This document shows positions 63,801 through 64,000 of a stretch of 64,000 nt of DNA, piece by piece. The DNA lies in contig NC_134025.1 in assembly GCF_964204645.1 (NCBI RefSeq), positions 11,222,001 through 11,286,000 on the forward strand, written 5' to 3'. A model generated the notes under the pieces. It saw nothing but the letters and a program-made list of their open reading frames with translations, searched no databases and was not told where the DNA came from. This stretch comes from Tubulanus polymorphus. Lineage: Eukaryota; Animalia; Nemertea. The position numbers and the translations under genes were made by a program. Position 1 is the first letter of the stretch; the number at the start of each line of letters is the position of its first letter.

Positions 63801-64000
63801 TGTATTAAAATAAAACCGTCTATATATAACTTATTCTGCAGAAATATGTACATTGAATGATGTTTTTTCCAATATCATTTCATTATATTCTTTCAATATT
63901 GTAGTAGTCATTATAAGGAATTATCTATTAAAGAATCATACATGGTTGTTGTTCAATTGAGCTCTACGAGCTAGCGAATGATTCGATTGTTTTTAGATAT

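Noticed and set aside
1-64000. CRISPR array, operons, rRNA, prophage
   Set aside because: No regularly spaced repeat-spacer array or dense coding; the sequence is eukaryotic with a spliceosomal intron.

Overview
Eukaryotic (metazoan, probably marine invertebrate/spiralian) genomic DNA: AT-rich, little CpG depletion, no prokaryotic features. One gene is confidently identified, a two-exon Six3/6 (optix) homeobox gene on the minus strand (exon 1 CDS 41488-40902, 9.4-kb phase-2 intron, exon 2 CDS 31500-31305; 260 aa). It sits in an otherwise gene-poor window typical of a developmental regulator's cis-regulatory landscape. The non-coding DNA holds decayed LINE fragments, retroposon 3' tails ending in (GAATT)n, a four-copy dispersed repeat, MITEs, tRNA-like SINE heads and long polypurine microsatellites. 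The most distinctive pattern is a set of 15-38 bp palindromes, each flanked by a 7-bp direct repeat of roughly GTNNNAC type. These look like excision scars of P-superfamily transposons from several families. TE family assignments are by eye and need database confirmation.
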